Below, piece by piece: positions 17,940 to 28,323 of a stretch of DNA of 64,000 nucleotides. Position numbers and translations under genes: made by a program. Location: positions 32,001 through 96,000 of IMG/VR virus record IMGVR_UViG_2718218393_000006, one strand, 5' to 3'. Origin of the DNA: a virus. Taxonomy: Duplodnaviria; Caudoviricetes. Position 1 is the stretch's first letter; the number at the start of each line of letters is the position of its first letter. A model generated the notes under the pieces. That model saw only the letters and a list, made by a program, of their open reading frames with translations. It did no database searches and was not told the origin of the DNA.

Positions 17940-19195
17940 TGTTCGCCCTGGTCGACGGCAACAGCTTCTATGCGTCCTGCGAGCGGGTATTCCGGCCCGA
18001 TCTCGCCGGCAGGCCCATCGTGGTGCTGAGTAATAACGACGGATGCGTCGTCGCCGCCAGCGCCGAGGCCAAGGCCTTGGGCCTGAAAATGTTCGGCCCC
18101 TTCTTCGAAATCGCCGGGCTCTGCCGGCGGCACAAGGTGGCGGTGTTCTCAAGCAATTACGCGCTTTACGGCGACATGAGCCACCGCATGATGCGCGTAC
18201 TGTCCGAGTTCGCGGTGGACCAAGAGGTCTATTCCATCGATGAATCCTTCCTGGAGATGGAGGGCATGCCCGATCTGGACAGCCACGGCCACCGCATCCG
18301 GCAAGCCGTTCTACAACGGGTAGGAATCCCAACATGTGTCGGGTTTGGCACATCGAAGACTCTTGCCAAGCTGGCCAACCGCGTAGCGAAGAAGCGCAGC
18401 GAATGGGGTGGCGTGTTCGCATGGGACTGGCTGACCGCGGCCGAGGCCGACGCTCTGATGGGGCGAATTCCCGTCGGGGATGTGTGGGGCATCGGCGGCC
18501 GACTAACCGAAAAGCTGGGCGCGATGGGCATCACCACCGCGCTGCAGCTCAAACGCATCGACCCGCGCCGGATCAAGCGTGCTTTTTCGGTCGTGGTGGA
18601 GCGCACAGTGCAGGAGCTGAACGGGGTATCCTGCCTGGCCCTGGAAGACGTGGCGCCGGCGAAACAGCAAATCATCGCGAGCAGATCATTCAGCGAAAAA
18701 GTCACCGACCTGGCCACCCTCGCCGCATCCGTCGCCCACCACGCCGCGCGCGGCGCCGAGAAGCTGCGCCAGCAGCGCAGCGCGGCCAAGTTGGTAGCGG
18801 TCCAAATTATGACCAGCCCGTTTTCCGATGAACCGCAATACCGACCCTATATCGTGGTGCCGCTTGTTCAGCCCAGCAACGACACGCTGCTGATCACCCG
18901 CGCGGCGTTGGCAGGCTTACGCCACGTTTACCGGCCAGGCTTCCGCTATCACAAGGCAGGCATCATGCTGCTTGAGATCGGCGACCAGGCCATACAGCAA
19001 TCGGACCTGTTCGCTGCGCCGCCTGATCCGCGCCGCGCGCGGCTGATGGCTGCGATGGACAAGATCAATCGGAACTGGGGACGTGGCACGCTGCGTACCG
19101 CCGCCGAGCAACTGACCGAGGGATGGCACATGCGGCAGGATCTGCGCTCGCCGTGCTACTCGACGCGGATTGACCAGCTATTGAGCGTCGGCTGA
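17939..19195 (+). CDS. umuC: Y-family DNA polymerase V catalytic subunit UmuC
   Basis: [28 protein letters not shown]-terminal SPCYST. Confidence 0.95.
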   Translation: MFALVDGNSFYASCERVFRPDLAGRPIVVLSNNDGCVVAASAEAKALGLKMFGPFFEIAGLCRRHKVAVFSSNYALYGDMSHRMMRVLSEFAVDQEVYSIDESFLEMEGMPDLDSHGHRIRQAVLQRVGIPTCVGFGTSKTLAKLANRVAKKRSEWGGVFAWDWLTAAEADALMGRIPVGDVWGIGGRLTEKLGAMGITTALQLKRIDPRRIKRAFSVVVERTVQELNGVSCLALEDVAPAKQQIIASRSFSEKVTDLATLAASVAHHAARGAEKLRQQRSAAKLVAVQIMTSPFSDEPQYRPYIVVPLVQPSNDTLLITRAALAGLRHVYRPGFRYHKAGIMLLEIGDQAIQQSDLFAAPPDPRRARLMAAMDKINRNWGRGTLRTAAEQLTEGWHMRQDLRSPCYSTRIDQLLSVG

Positions 19196-19810
19196 TTTTG
19201 CCAGCGCCGGAGCCGCTTGCATCAGCTCGGCCGTGAACGGTGCCAGCATCGCCCTGGCCAGCTCCGGCTCGCGGCACGCCAGCCAGTCGCCGTAACGCTC
19301 GCGCGGCAGGATCACCAGCGAGCGTTTTTCATCGCCCAGCTTGTGCATGCGCTTCATCAGCGGGTGCTCGTCGGCGTTGATTGTGATCTGCGTGAACGCA
19401 TGCGAGACGCCCCCCTCCGGCTCTTGCCACTCCCGCCACATGCCGGCGACGGCGAAGGGCTCGCCATCGGCCCGGCCGATCCTTGTTCGCACTGCTTTGC
19501 CAGTCTCGTAGCAGGGCTCGAAAAATGCCTGCATCGGTACCAGGCACAACTGACATTTGCGCCACGTGGCCTTGTACGTGGGTTTCTCACCAATCGTCTC
19601 AGCGCGTGCGTTCATGGTCGTAATGCGCACGCCAGGCGGCTGATGGCGCTTTGGCACGAAACCATAGGTCGCCAGCCTCAGGCCGTCGCGAGTGATGATC
19701 GGCGCAGCGTAGTCCTGCCAGCAATCAGGCTTCCAAAGGCCGTCTTCGACCTCATAACCAAAGTGCAGGCGAATCTGCTGCGCCGAGGGTGGTGTGAAGT
19801 TGACGCACAT
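19178..19810 (-). CDS. SOS response-associated peptidase (SRAP/YedK/HMCES family)
   Basis: N-terminal MC, NARAET, FFEP, conserved H; typical umuDC neighbour. Confidence 0.88.
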   Translation of the reverse strand: MCVNFTPPSAQQIRLHFGYEVEDGLWKPDCWQDYAAPIITRDGLRLATYGFVPKRHQPPGVRITTMNARAETIGEKPTYKATWRKCQLCLVPMQAFFEPCYETGKAVRTRIGRADGEPFAVAGMWREWQEPEGGVSHAFTQITINADEHPLMKRMHKLGDEKRSLVILPRERYGDWLACREPELARAMLAPFTAELMQAAPALAKSADAQ

Positions 19811-19857
19811 GCATACAGCATAGCAAAATCGCCAAACTATATTTAAAGATTGAAGAA

Positions 19858-20277
19858 ATGCTGAAAAGGCTTGCGGTGGTAGTTTGGTGGATAGGACTTT
19901 TCACACTTGCGATTGCTGCTTTTGCACAGCTTGGTATCGCATATGATGCATATGAGTGCAGACGCACGCACTCTGCACAGCTGGAAGCTGCCAAACATGA
20001 ATACGAAAAATTAAAACGGCTCCCCACCCTGCCTCACAAGAGTCCATCTTCGTCCAATCCGCTCATGAATGACCCTGCACTAGACAAGAGTCTACAAGAA
20101 TTCTCAGCAATGGTTGCCATGCAAAAGGAAGAGCAGGGGCTGAATGCCTGTATTCACGACCACCTTGGATTTTCATTAGGGGCAGTGATATTTGCCATTA
20201 TTGTGGCAGCCTGTTTCTGGAGCATAAGTTTTGTGTTGGGCGGATTTTTCCTCCGCCCACCTAGAACTCCGCAATAG
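19858..20277 (+). CDS. Two-TM membrane protein; moron
   Basis: Hydrophobic termini, lower GC, opposite to the late operon. Confidence 0.65.
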   Translation: MLKRLAVVVWWIGLFTLAIAAFAQLGIAYDAYECRRTHSAQLEAAKHEYEKLKRLPTLPHKSPSSSNPLMNDPALDKSLQEFSAMVAMQKEEQGLNACIHDHLGFSLGAVIFAIIVAACFWSISFVLGGFFLRPPRTPQ

Positions 20278-20285
20278 AATGCTTG

Positions 20286-20765
20286 TTACGGTTGCCGATC
20301 GGACTGAATCAACGCCTGACAGGCAGCGAGCTGCCTGGCGACGTCATCGGCTTCGCCGGCGAGCCGTAGAGCATCTTCTCCATGCGCGGCAAGAAAGTCG
20401 CCTCCCGCGGCACCATCACGCTGGCCGGCGCCGGCGGCAACTGCGGGCAGATCGCCGCGCTCGGCGGCAGGTTGCTGCTGGCGCAGCCGGAGAGCAGCAG
20501 CATGGCGAGCCAGAGCGGCTTGCAGTTCGAGTTGTCCATTTTCCAATTCCTTTTCGTAGGCGAGCGCCGTGGCCGCATCATCTGCTGCCGCCTGGTGCTC
20601 GCGCGCCCGGGCTGCCTGAGTGGCAGCTACCTGCTGCTGGGCCTGGCTGGCGCGCGCCACTGCGACGTCACGCTGGGCGATCACGGCCCGCATCTCCCAG
20701 CCCAGAAATGCCAAGGCCGCCAGAGCGGCGGCCAGTCCAATTTCCCTCCACGGCATCATCATCAT
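20286..20765 (-). CDS. i-spanin (Rz-like)
   Basis: N-terminal TM + coiled coil, ends LAACQALI. Confidence 0.8.
   Translation of the reverse strand: MMMMPWREIGLAAALAALAFLGWEMRAVIAQRDVAVARASQAQQQVAATQAARAREHQAAADDAATALAYEKELENGQLELQAALARHAAALRLRQQQPAAERGDLPAVAAGAGQRDGAAGGDFLAAHGEDALRLAGEADDVARQLAACQALIQSDRQP
20309..20539 (-). CDS. o-spanin (Rz1-like) lipoprotein embedded in Rz
   Basis: Lipobox LLLSGC, Pro-rich, nested in another frame. Confidence 0.75.
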   Translation of the reverse strand: MDNSNCKPLWLAMLLLSGCASSNLPPSAAICPQLPPAPASVMVPREATFLPRMEKMLYGSPAKPMTSPGSSLPVRR

Positions 20766-21016
20766 CCACCTCCTTTTGCCTTAGCCAGTACAACAATGCC
20801 GGCCCAGATCGCTCCCAGCAGACCGATCACAATGCCACCGGCCAGTGCCCGCAGCACGGCATCCGCCACCCCATCCACCCGCTTGGCCAGCTTCACCGCC
20901 TCACTCACTCCAGATTCATCGAGTGCTTGGCGAGCGCCAGCCTTCGCTGCAGCCTCCAGCAGTGCCCGGAACTCTTCTCGCGGCAGCACGACTTCATCAC
21001 CCATTTCATTCTCCAA
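20762..21016 (-). CDS. Small lysis-region membrane protein
   Basis: 84 aa, C-terminal TM. Confidence 0.6.
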   Translation of the reverse strand: MENEMGDEVVLPREEFRALLEAAAKAGARQALDESGVSEAVKLAKRVDGVADAVLRALAGGIVIGLLGAIWAGIVVLAKAKGGG

Positions 21017-21620
21017 AATAGGCCCGATACTTCGGGCGCCGAACGACCATCACGTTGCGGACATGCGTATTGGTGATATCGGCGAAGGACTGCCCATAAC
21101 CGGCCTGCTTGCGCCGGGACTGGCCGCTGGCCTTGTCCAGCCCGCCGAACCAACGCGCCGGATCGCAACCCGCCATATTGGCGCACAAGCGGCGTCGTTG
21201 CAGCACCGAGCCGAAGCCGGAATTGTAGGCCGCGTCCATCATCGCCAGCCTGTCCTCTCCCTCGGCCCAGCGGATCAACCGGTAGTTGTCCCGGTTCTTC
21301 AGCACCATCGCCGTCAGCTGGCAGTGCGGATCAAAGGCGTTCACCCAGCCCCAGCCCCGCAGCTCTGGATGGCGCGCCGCCATCTCCTGGATCGCGTCGA
21401 AGCGCACGCTGCCGTCCGCCCGATACGCCTTGGTGAACTGGCCGAGCCCGGCGCCGTACTCGCGGGAAGTCTTCAGGACCGCCCACTCGCGCCATCCGCT
21501 CTCCTGCTCCACCTGGGCCGCCAGCACGGAACGCGACGGCATGTCAGGCCAATGCTGTGTCGCGGCGGCATTCAACAGCGGCAGCAAGGCCAACGCGCCG
21601 GCGCTCAGCCCCGCAGCCAC
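21006..21620 (-). CDS. Endolysin, lytic transglycosylase (SLT) family
   Basis: QVEQESGW, GLGQF, AAYNSG motifs. Confidence 0.85.
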   Translation of the reverse strand: MAAGLSAGALALLPLLNAAATQHWPDMPSRSVLAAQVEQESGWREWAVLKTSREYGAGLGQFTKAYRADGSVRFDAIQEMAARHPELRGWGWVNAFDPHCQLTAMVLKNRDNYRLIRWAEGEDRLAMMDAAYNSGFGSVLQRRRLCANMAGCDPARWFGGLDKASGQSRRKQAGYGQSFADITNTHVRNVMVVRRPKYRAYFGE

Positions 21621-21895
21621 AGCACACCGCCGATCACCACGGCCGCCATGAACAGCCGGTCGGCCAGCACCACCAGCGCGGCGCCGGTAGGAGCATGCAG
21701 GGCGATGTCAGCAGCCTCAGACACGTCGACATGGAACAACGCCTTGCGCAGCAGCAGCGCCACGCCCACCAGCACCGGCAGGGCCAAGCCGAGTTGAAGC
21801 CAGGTGACGGCGACGACGCGGTCAATCCAGAGCAGCGCCAGCGCCGCCGGCAGGATGAGGGCGTAGATTCGATAGTCGTGTAGTTTTTTCAGCAT
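21605..21895 (-). CDS. Putative holin
   Basis: 96 aa, three hydrophobic segments, directly upstream of the endolysin. Confidence 0.7.
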   Translation of the reverse strand: MLKKLHDYRIYALILPAALALLWIDRVVAVTWLQLGLALPVLVGVALLLRKALFHVDVSEAADIALHAPTGAALVVLADRLFMAAVVIGGVLWLRG

Positions 21896-21912
21896 GATTG
21901 CTCCCAAATGAA

Positions 21913-22203
21913 TCAGGGCCGGTTTTGCCGGCCCTGGTGGATTGCTCTTGCGTTGTTGATCAGCACCGCGGTGTAAATCACCGCAAGGATGGCGTATGCC
22001 GGCCATGGCGGCCGCAGCCACCAGCACGCGGCCAGCAGCGCCAACTTGGTCAGCAGCAGCGCTGCCTGGACGCCGACCCGGCGCATGATGCGCGCCAGCC
22101 AGCCGTTGGCCTCGCGTCCGATCCCGGTGCGCAGCGCGTACCAGGTGCTGGCAATGTCCAGTAGTTGCTGGATGGCCACGATGAACATCAGCAGGCGCAT
22201 CAC
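21913..22203 (-). CDS. Small membrane protein (DUF5658-like)
   Basis: LLDIASTWYAL...GREANG motif, hydrophobic. Confidence 0.6.
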   Translation of the reverse strand: MMRLLMFIVAIQQLLDIASTWYALRTGIGREANGWLARIMRRVGVQAALLLTKLALLAACWWLRPPWPAYAILAVIYTAVLINNARAIHQGRQNRP

Positions 22204-22511
22204 AACGCACTCACCGTCGTGGCATTCGCGAGTTGTGCGCGCAGATCCGCGATTTCCGCGTCGCGCGCCTTCAGTTGCTGCTGCAGCGCCTCAACCTCGG
22301 CCAGCGCGTTGAGGTTGAGCGCGGCGGCGATGTCGCCCAGCGGCTCGCCGGCGGCGCCGGCCACCAGCGCCACTGGCTGGGCCATGCCGGTTTCCGCTCT
22401 GGACTCACCGGTCAATGCGTTTTTGGCCTCGGCGGCGTAGATCACATGCGCGCCGGCGATGCCGGCCGCCGTGCCGCGCACCAGGAATTCATACAAATAG
22501 GGTTCGCTCAT
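22200..22511 (-). CDS. Phage hypothetical protein with C-terminal coiled coil
   Basis: 103 aa after the tail fibre. Confidence 0.6.
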   Translation of the reverse strand: MSEPYLYEFLVRGTAAGIAGAHVIYAAEAKNALTGESRAETGMAQPVALVAGAAGEPLGDIAAALNLNALAEVEALQQQLKARDAEIADLRAQLANATTVSAL

Positions 22512-22518
22512 ATAGCCC

Positions 22519-23421
22519 TCAGAGGTCTGTCATGGTTGGAATTCGCCATTTCTGGCCGTTGCTGAAAACGTGCGTTGGCCCATTCGGACCGTCCGTGATG
22601 TATGCGATGCCGGATGGCGACGAGTTGGCGGCCGGCAGCGTCGCCCGGGTGAAATACCCGACATTGACAACCCCCGCCGTCACCATGTTGCCGTTTCGGG
22701 TATCGACGAACCACCGCCATGGCGCCGCGCTCCACCCGCCAACGCCAAAAATCCCGTCGTTTCGCAGCGCGAGCTTTGTGCCGTAGACGCCCGTACATTC
22801 AAACGAGATGGCTGCCACGCTCGAGTCACCCGTGCCGCCTGCATTTCGCACCCGCAGCGCGGCCGAACTATCACCGCCCACCATCACGCAGTTCACCGCT
22901 GCCGACAGCGGCCGGCCGTCTGCATCCGTCGCCGCAGGGGTGATGTTGCCGGAGTGCCAGACGCGATACTCATTACCAGACGCCTCCATCAGCATCAGGG
23001 TGTCGGCGCCATAGCCCTTATGCACTAACGCCACTCCGCTCTTGCCAGGGCGATGCAGGCCCAGGGACGGATAGTCGGTTCCTGTTGCCCCGGCAGAACT
23101 CAATGTCAGCGTGCCGCCGCTGTATGCGTTTGAATCGTATGTTGTAGGTGTGGTTTTCCGGATACTGGCGGTGTAGGGGCTATCAAGAGCAATCGCGACG
23201 ACGCCGTAGCCGGTCAGCGTCGTCGCCTTGTCGGCTTTGCCGCCGAGGGCGCCGGAAATGGCCCGCCACGATGGCACCTGCCGCGTGCTGCCGTCCTCCG
23301 CGACGATCGTCGCCGTGTCCGAGTTCTGGTCGAACACGCTCCAGTAGCTGCGCGCGGCGACATACCACGCCTGCTGCATTTTCCCCAGCCCCGCGGCGAG
23401 ACCTGCCCAATCATCCGCCAT
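22519..23421 (-). CDS. Tail fibre / receptor-binding protein
   Basis: KATTLTGYG and VWHSGN fibre motifs; Gly/Ser-rich. Confidence 0.75.
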   Translation of the reverse strand: MADDWAGLAAGLGKMQQAWYVAARSYWSVFDQNSDTATIVAEDGSTRQVPSWRAISGALGGKADKATTLTGYGVVAIALDSPYTASIRKTTPTTYDSNAYSGGTLTLSSAGATGTDYPSLGLHRPGKSGVALVHKGYGADTLMLMEASGNEYRVWHSGNITPAATDADGRPLSAAVNCVMVGGDSSAALRVRNAGGTGDSSVAAISFECTGVYGTKLALRNDGIFGVGGWSAAPWRWFVDTRNGNMVTAGVVNVGYFTRATLPAANSSPSGIAYITDGPNGPTHVFSNGQKWRIPTMTDL

Positions 23422-23650
23422 TTTCTGCCCCCTCCAAAGAATCAGCCCCGCCGGTTTGATCCTGGCGGGGCTTCGGGAAATTTGTTTTTACGGCCCGGAT
23501 TCTGTCCAGCATCTGCCGCATCTCGTCGTTGAGCAGCTCCGGCGGCAGGCTGGCAACCCAGCGCCACAGCACGTCCCATTGGTCGCCCAGGGGCGGGTAC
23601 TGCGATTTGCGTGCGGCGCGGTGATCGCCGTGGTGATGGATCTGCATCAT
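23411..23650 (-). CDS. Tail-associated protein
   Basis: RKSQYPPLGDQWDVLW...IRAVKTNFPKP motif common beside phage fibres. Confidence 0.6.
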   Translation of the reverse strand: MMQIHHHGDHRAARKSQYPPLGDQWDVLWRWVASLPPELLNDEMRQMLDRIRAVKTNFPKPRQDQTGGADSLEGAENGG

Positions 23651-24012
23651 GTCGTCACCTCGAACACCGCGGACTGCATCGGCCATGCCTCAATCTGGAT
23701 GTGATGCCGCCCGGGCAGCGAGAACGACAGCTCGCACTCGCCGTCGTCGCAGCCATACGACGTGCCGTCCAGAACCAGCAAGCACGGCGCCGGCAGATCG
23801 CGCAGCACCATGCCGTCCAGCCGGGCCGGGTTCAGCGGCCGCACCTCGATCACCCCGTCGCTGCGGATATACTGCGTCAGCGGGTCAGCCTCGCCCTGCA
23901 ACAGTAGTTTGCCGCTGGCGAACTCCACCTCGACGTTTTCGAGCGAGGCGACGCCCGTCTGCAGAATACGGCCGGTTTCCTCCTCATACTCAATGATGCT
24001 GATTTTCTCCAT
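23647..24012 (-). CDS. Tail-associated protein
   Basis: 121 aa between J and fibre. Confidence 0.6.
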   Translation of the reverse strand: MEKISIIEYEEETGRILQTGVASLENVEVEFASGKLLLQGEADPLTQYIRSDGVIEVRPLNPARLDGMVLRDLPAPCLLVLDGTSYGCDDGECELSFSLPGRHHIQIEAWPMQSAVFEVTT

Positions 24013-24017
24013 GTCCC

Positions 24018-27000
24018 CTATCTCCTGTACAACACCGCGCCGTAGCGGATCTGGCCATTTGCGCTGTAACCGCCGATGCTCTCAACTCCGACGGCAACAG
24101 TCTCGCCAGCCGATACATCCAGTACCAGGACCCCGCTACCATTGCTGATCCCCACTGCGCGGCCACGGGCTCGCAGCGTGATGCTGGGAAACGGCGCATC
24201 GCCGAACACTAGCAGGGTGCCTCTGTCTGAGCAGTAGAATGGGAAATTGAAATTCCAACCTGCTGCCTGCCAGCCGCTCAGTGTCACGGTCCTCGTATCG
24301 TTTTTACTGACTGCCTCGCCTCGGATCTGAACGGTGTCGACCATCAGATTACGGATGTATGTCGCGTCTACGCCGTTGGCGTCGACCACGACATTGCCGT
24401 TCTGCGTGATCCGCAGGCTCTCGGTATCGATCTGGCCGACGCTCAACTTCCCTTTGATGTACGCCGCACCGATCCCCGTCATGTCGACCACGACATTTCC
24501 GGCCGCGTCCCTGATCGTCAGTCCCCGGGTGTTGATCTGCGCGGCGTCGATTGAGCCGTCGACAATGACCCGGCGGCCGATGATTGAGCCGTCGGAGATC
24601 ATGTCGCCGGCAATCGCCAGCGCCGGGCGCCCGTTGATGCTGGCGACGATGAACACCTGGCGCGAGCCATTGCCGTCTGGCTGCGACACAACAAACCGGT
24701 CAGCCAGAAAATCCACCGCGCTGCCGTTTTGATCGGTCCTCAAACCTATGCCGGCAATTTTTCCGGAGGCGTTCAGCTTGATGATCTTCTCAGCCATCAC
24801 GCCGTCCACCGTCCGGCCGACCTCCTGCAGGGAGGCCGTGTGGTTGCCGACCGTGGTCTGCATCGTCACAACCTGGTCTGTCAGCGCCGAGTCCGCCGCA
24901 ACGCGGGCTTTGGACTCCTCGATGATGCCGGCGGCGTTGTCTTTTACTTTGGCGGCCAGCAGCGCCCTCTCGTTGGCCTCCTGCGAAATGGCATCACCCA
25001 ACGTCGATAGTTGCCGCTTGGCGAAAGCGTAGTGGTTGCCCTGTGTGCCGCGGATCTCGTCCGCTGTCAGCATCTGCTGCATCTGCGCCTGGATCAGCGA
25101 GTTCACGCTGCCCTGGACGCCAACAGCTTGCTCGATCGGCGTCCGTAGCGACTCTTGAAGCTGCGCAGACGTGAGGCTGTCCTTGAGCTGGTCAAGCAGC
25201 GCCCCGGGATCTTTGACCGTTTGCGCCTGGGCTTGAGCAAAAGCGCTGACATTCCCCCAGGTGTCGTACACGCGCAGCCAGAAGTAATAAGTCACCCCAA
25301 GCTGAAGGCCCTGCCAGCTGAACGTAGAGGTCGGAAAAGCCAAGTCGGCCAACTTGACCGGGCTGGCATCTCCAGAGGTTGTGCTGTAGAAAAGCTCAGC
25401 CCTCGCGATGTCTGGCCGCCCCGCGGGATACGTCCACGCCAGGTCGATCTTCATCGCCCCGCCCACCGCCGTCAGCGTCGGCGCCGGCGGCGGCGTCACC
25501 TGCCCTTGCGTCTGCTGGTTGCCGGCAACAGGGATGCTGACGACGCCGGTTACCGATACCGTCGACACCCGGACATCGTAACTGCCGGGCACCACATCCG
25601 TGATTTCGGCGTGGTTGCTGACCTGATCCGGGAGCACTACCCAGTTTCCGCCATTCTGCCGATAGGTCACCCGATATCCACGTAGGTAAGGGTGCACAAC
25701 CGCCGGCCAGTCCACCAACAGCTTCACCTTTCGGCTACCGTCTGGCGCCAGACTGGGCTGCTCCTGCAGCTGGACAGCCAGGACTGGCGGCATCGCGCCA
25801 GGGTCGGGCAGATTGCTGGTTGGCGCCGGGTCGAAGCGAAGACCAGTCTCGATGGCAGTCCATTTGTTCGCGTCGTACTGCAGGCCCGAGATTTCGAACT
25901 CTCCGTTGTCCACCGACTTGATGGAAACGCAGGTCCATAGGTCTGGCTGCAGGTTGGTCGCGATCAACACCCAGGTGGCGCCGGCGACTGGCTGGGCCGG
26001 ATACTGCGAAACGATGGTCAGGGTATCGGTCGTGCCGGGCGATGCGACAACACCACGGCGAACTGGCACGCCATCGGGGCCGGACACCTCAAGCGTGTAA
26101 GTCACGCCTGATTGAAGCGTTACCGGCGCATCCAATTTGACCACCGTGCCAACGACCGACACCACCCGACCGCCCATCCGCGCGCCGGCCACATGGAAGT
26201 CGGACGTCGCGAACAGATCGCCCGGCTGCAAATCCGCGCAATAGGCCGCAGCCTTGAAAGCCACCATTTCGGTACTGCGCTGCGCAGTCTCCAAGATGTA
26301 CCGGCCGCAGCGTCGCGCCTGGCCGCGCGTAACAGCCCCCATCGCCACCGCGGAGGTCTGCTGCAGCCCATAGGTCAGCAGCCCTTGGCCGTGTTCAGCG
26401 TACTCCACCGCGCGCCGGTAGCGGTCGCTAGGATCCGTCCAGGCCACCGCCGCCGCGGTGAAGCGCCCATTCTTCGGCGTGGACGAATAGGTGAATTTGC
26501 CGTCGATAACATTGGTGGCGTTGAAGTGCTTGACCGGCTGCTTGCCAGGCATATCTGCGACGATCCGAATGCCTCCGGCCGACCAGTATGCCTGGCCGCA
26601 GAAGCTGCTCACGATGTCGGACACGACCTTCCAAGCATCCTGCGTGTCCTGCTGAAAATTGTGGAACTGGAACCGCGGCTCGAACCCGCCGTACCCATCG
26701 GGGACAGACTGGTCGCACCACTGGGCTATCGCATACATCCCCCACCGGTCCATGTTGGCGGCGGGAATGTTGATGCCGAAGCGATTGTCCGTGCAGTAGG
26801 TCCAAAGATACCAGACGGGATTGCTGGTCACCGCCGGCTTGAAGTTGCCATCCCACGGTCCGGTGTACGTGCGCGCGACCGGGTCGTAATTGCTGGGTAC
26901 TTGGCACTTCAGCTGCTGCCACAGCACCGACACTGTGGGCATCCGGCTGAACTGCCGCGCGTCGAACTTCAGCGCTAGCACCGACAGGTTCGGGTAGCGC

Positions 27001-27674
27001 AGCTGCGCGTCGATGATGCTGGTGAAGGATGTGAAGACGGTCTGATTGGCAAGGTACTGCGTCGTGCTGTCGGGCGTGATCCGGCGAACGCGAACCAACC
27101 ACGGGCCAGCGCCGGTCAGCGGCAGCCGAGTGCTGCGCTGATAGTTGGCCGTGGTCTTGTCGGAAATGGTGACAATGGCCGCCTGGGCAAATTTGCCATT
27201 TGTCGGCGCCAGATCGATGGCGTACTGCACCGACGCGCCGCCGGTGTCACCGGTCTTAGAATCGGTGGAGCGCAGGCCGGCGGGCAGCGAGACCGTCACC
27301 CGGATGGCGGTGGCGTTCACATCCGCCACAGTTTGTGTGATCGGATTCGTCGACTTCACCTCCAGGCCCACGCCGATCTCGGTTTCGACAGCCGGGAACC
27401 CCGGAATCGCTGGCTGCGTTTGGGTGCCTGTGCGATACGAAACCTGCATGTTCTGGAAGTTAAACGAACCGTCAGGATTCTGGATCGGCGTGTCGTCCAG
27501 GTAAATGCTTTTCAGCGGATTGGCCGGGTCGGCTGGACCGCCGGTTTCTCCATGGCCCAGCAGCACCATCATGCGGCCGTAGCTGATCGACTGCGCGGTA
27601 TCAGGCGACTCTACCGGGGTGTGCTGGCTGCCTCCGCCGCCGCCCTTGGCGCCAAAGATTGCATCGTCGGACAT
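24018..27674 (-). CDS. Tail tip / host-specificity protein J
   Basis: 1218 aa; GAKGGGG start, VPSNYDP...SNPVW, FN3 domains, coiled coil, FLADRF. Confidence 0.92.
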   Translation of the reverse strand: MSDDAIFGAKGGGGGSQHTPVESPDTAQSISYGRMMVLLGHGETGGPADPANPLKSIYLDDTPIQNPDGSFNFQNMQVSYRTGTQTQPAIPGFPAVETEIGVGLEVKSTNPITQTVADVNATAIRVTVSLPAGLRSTDSKTGDTGGASVQYAIDLAPTNGKFAQAAIVTISDKTTANYQRSTRLPLTGAGPWLVRVRRITPDSTTQYLANQTVFTSFTSIIDAQLRYPNLSVLALKFDARQFSRMPTVSVLWQQLKCQVPSNYDPVARTYTGPWDGNFKPAVTSNPVWYLWTYCTDNRFGINIPAANMDRWGMYAIAQWCDQSVPDGYGGFEPRFQFHNFQQDTQDAWKVVSDIVSSFCGQAYWSAGGIRIVADMPGKQPVKHFNATNVIDGKFTYSSTPKNGRFTAAAVAWTDPSDRYRRAVEYAEHGQGLLTYGLQQTSAVAMGAVTRGQARRCGRYILETAQRSTEMVAFKAAAYCADLQPGDLFATSDFHVAGARMGGRVVSVVGTVVKLDAPVTLQSGVTYTLEVSGPDGVPVRRGVVASPGTTDTLTIVSQYPAQPVAGATWVLIATNLQPDLWTCVSIKSVDNGEFEISGLQYDANKWTAIETGLRFDPAPTSNLPDPGAMPPVLAVQLQEQPSLAPDGSRKVKLLVDWPAVVHPYLRGYRVTYRQNGGNWVVLPDQVSNHAEITDVVPGSYDVRVSTVSVTGVVSIPVAGNQQTQGQVTPPPAPTLTAVGGAMKIDLAWTYPAGRPDIARAELFYSTTSGDASPVKLADLAFPTSTFSWQGLQLGVTYYFWLRVYDTWGNVSAFAQAQAQTVKDPGALLDQLKDSLTSAQLQESLRTPIEQAVGVQGSVNSLIQAQMQQMLTADEIRGTQGNHYAFAKRQLSTLGDAISQEANERALLAAKVKDNAAGIIEESKARVAADSALTDQVVTMQTTVGNHTASLQEVGRTVDGVMAEKIIKLNASGKIAGIGLRTDQNGSAVDFLADRFVVSQPDGNGSRQVFIVASINGRPALAIAGDMISDGSIIGRRVIVDGSIDAAQINTRGLTIRDAAGNVVVDMTGIGAAYIKGKLSVGQIDTESLRITQNGNVVVDANGVDATYIRNLMVDTVQIRGEAVSKNDTRTVTLSGWQAAGWNFNFPFYCSDRGTLLVFGDAPFPSITLRARGRAVGISNGSGVLVLDVSAGETVAVGVESIGGYSANGQIRYGAVLYRR

Positions 27675-27711
27675 TCATGCTCCAAAAACAGAAGAGCCCG
27701 CGCGCAGCGGG

Positions 27712-28323
27712 CTATACAAGTACGGGTGAGTTGGTGGGCAGCGCCCCGGTGCCGATGTCCTCGACGCTGACGCCGGCAGAGATCACCGTGCCGGCAATCA
27801 GCATGGTGCCGGTGCCGATCGGGATCGGCAGACCCTGAGCGCTGGTCTGCTGGGCACCGTTGAACCAGTAGTTCGGCTTGCCGTCCTTGGCCTGCCAGTC
27901 TGGCTGCTTGGGGATGGGGGTGAGCAGCTGGATTGCCCCTCCGATCATCATGCTTGCACCAACGCCATAGCCAGCAGTCACTGCGGCAGCACTCCAACCA
28001 AGAGGGTTCCACCACGCCAGAGCGATAATGGCCGCACCTGCAACAATCCGAAGCCCAGCGCTGGCGCCCACCACTACCGGCATGATGAGGATGTCCCCCT
28101 TGCTCACCAGTACGATCTCGTCTTCCTCTACGTCGCGGCCGGCCACCGTGATGCGGTAGCCAACCGTCTCCGGATCGCTCTCGCGCAAGTGCTGGGCAAA
28201 CCCTGGCCAATTGGCCTCCAGCATCCGTACGGCCTCGCCGACGCTGTCGACATAGGCGGCAAATTCCCTCACGAACTTCTCGCCCAGCTCTCCGCCGAGG
28301 CGGACGGTTCTTTTTTCACTCAT
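27712..28323 (-). CDS. Tail assembly protein I
   Basis: VRLGGELGEKF start, GLPIPIGTG. Confidence 0.85.
   Translation of the reverse strand: MSEKRTVRLGGELGEKFVREFAAYVDSVGEAVRMLEANWPGFAQHLRESDPETVGYRITVAGRDVEEDEIVLVSKGDILIMPVVVGASAGLRIVAGAAIIALAWWNPLGWSAAAVTAGYGVGASMMIGGAIQLLTPIPKQPDWQAKDGKPNYWFNGAQQTSAQGLPIPIGTGTMLIAGTVISAGVSVEDIGTGALPTNSPVLV

Noticed and set aside
22519-24200. Diversity-generating retroelement or invertible tail-fibre cassette
   Set aside because: No reverse transcriptase, invertase, template/variable repeat pair or flanking inverted repeats seen.
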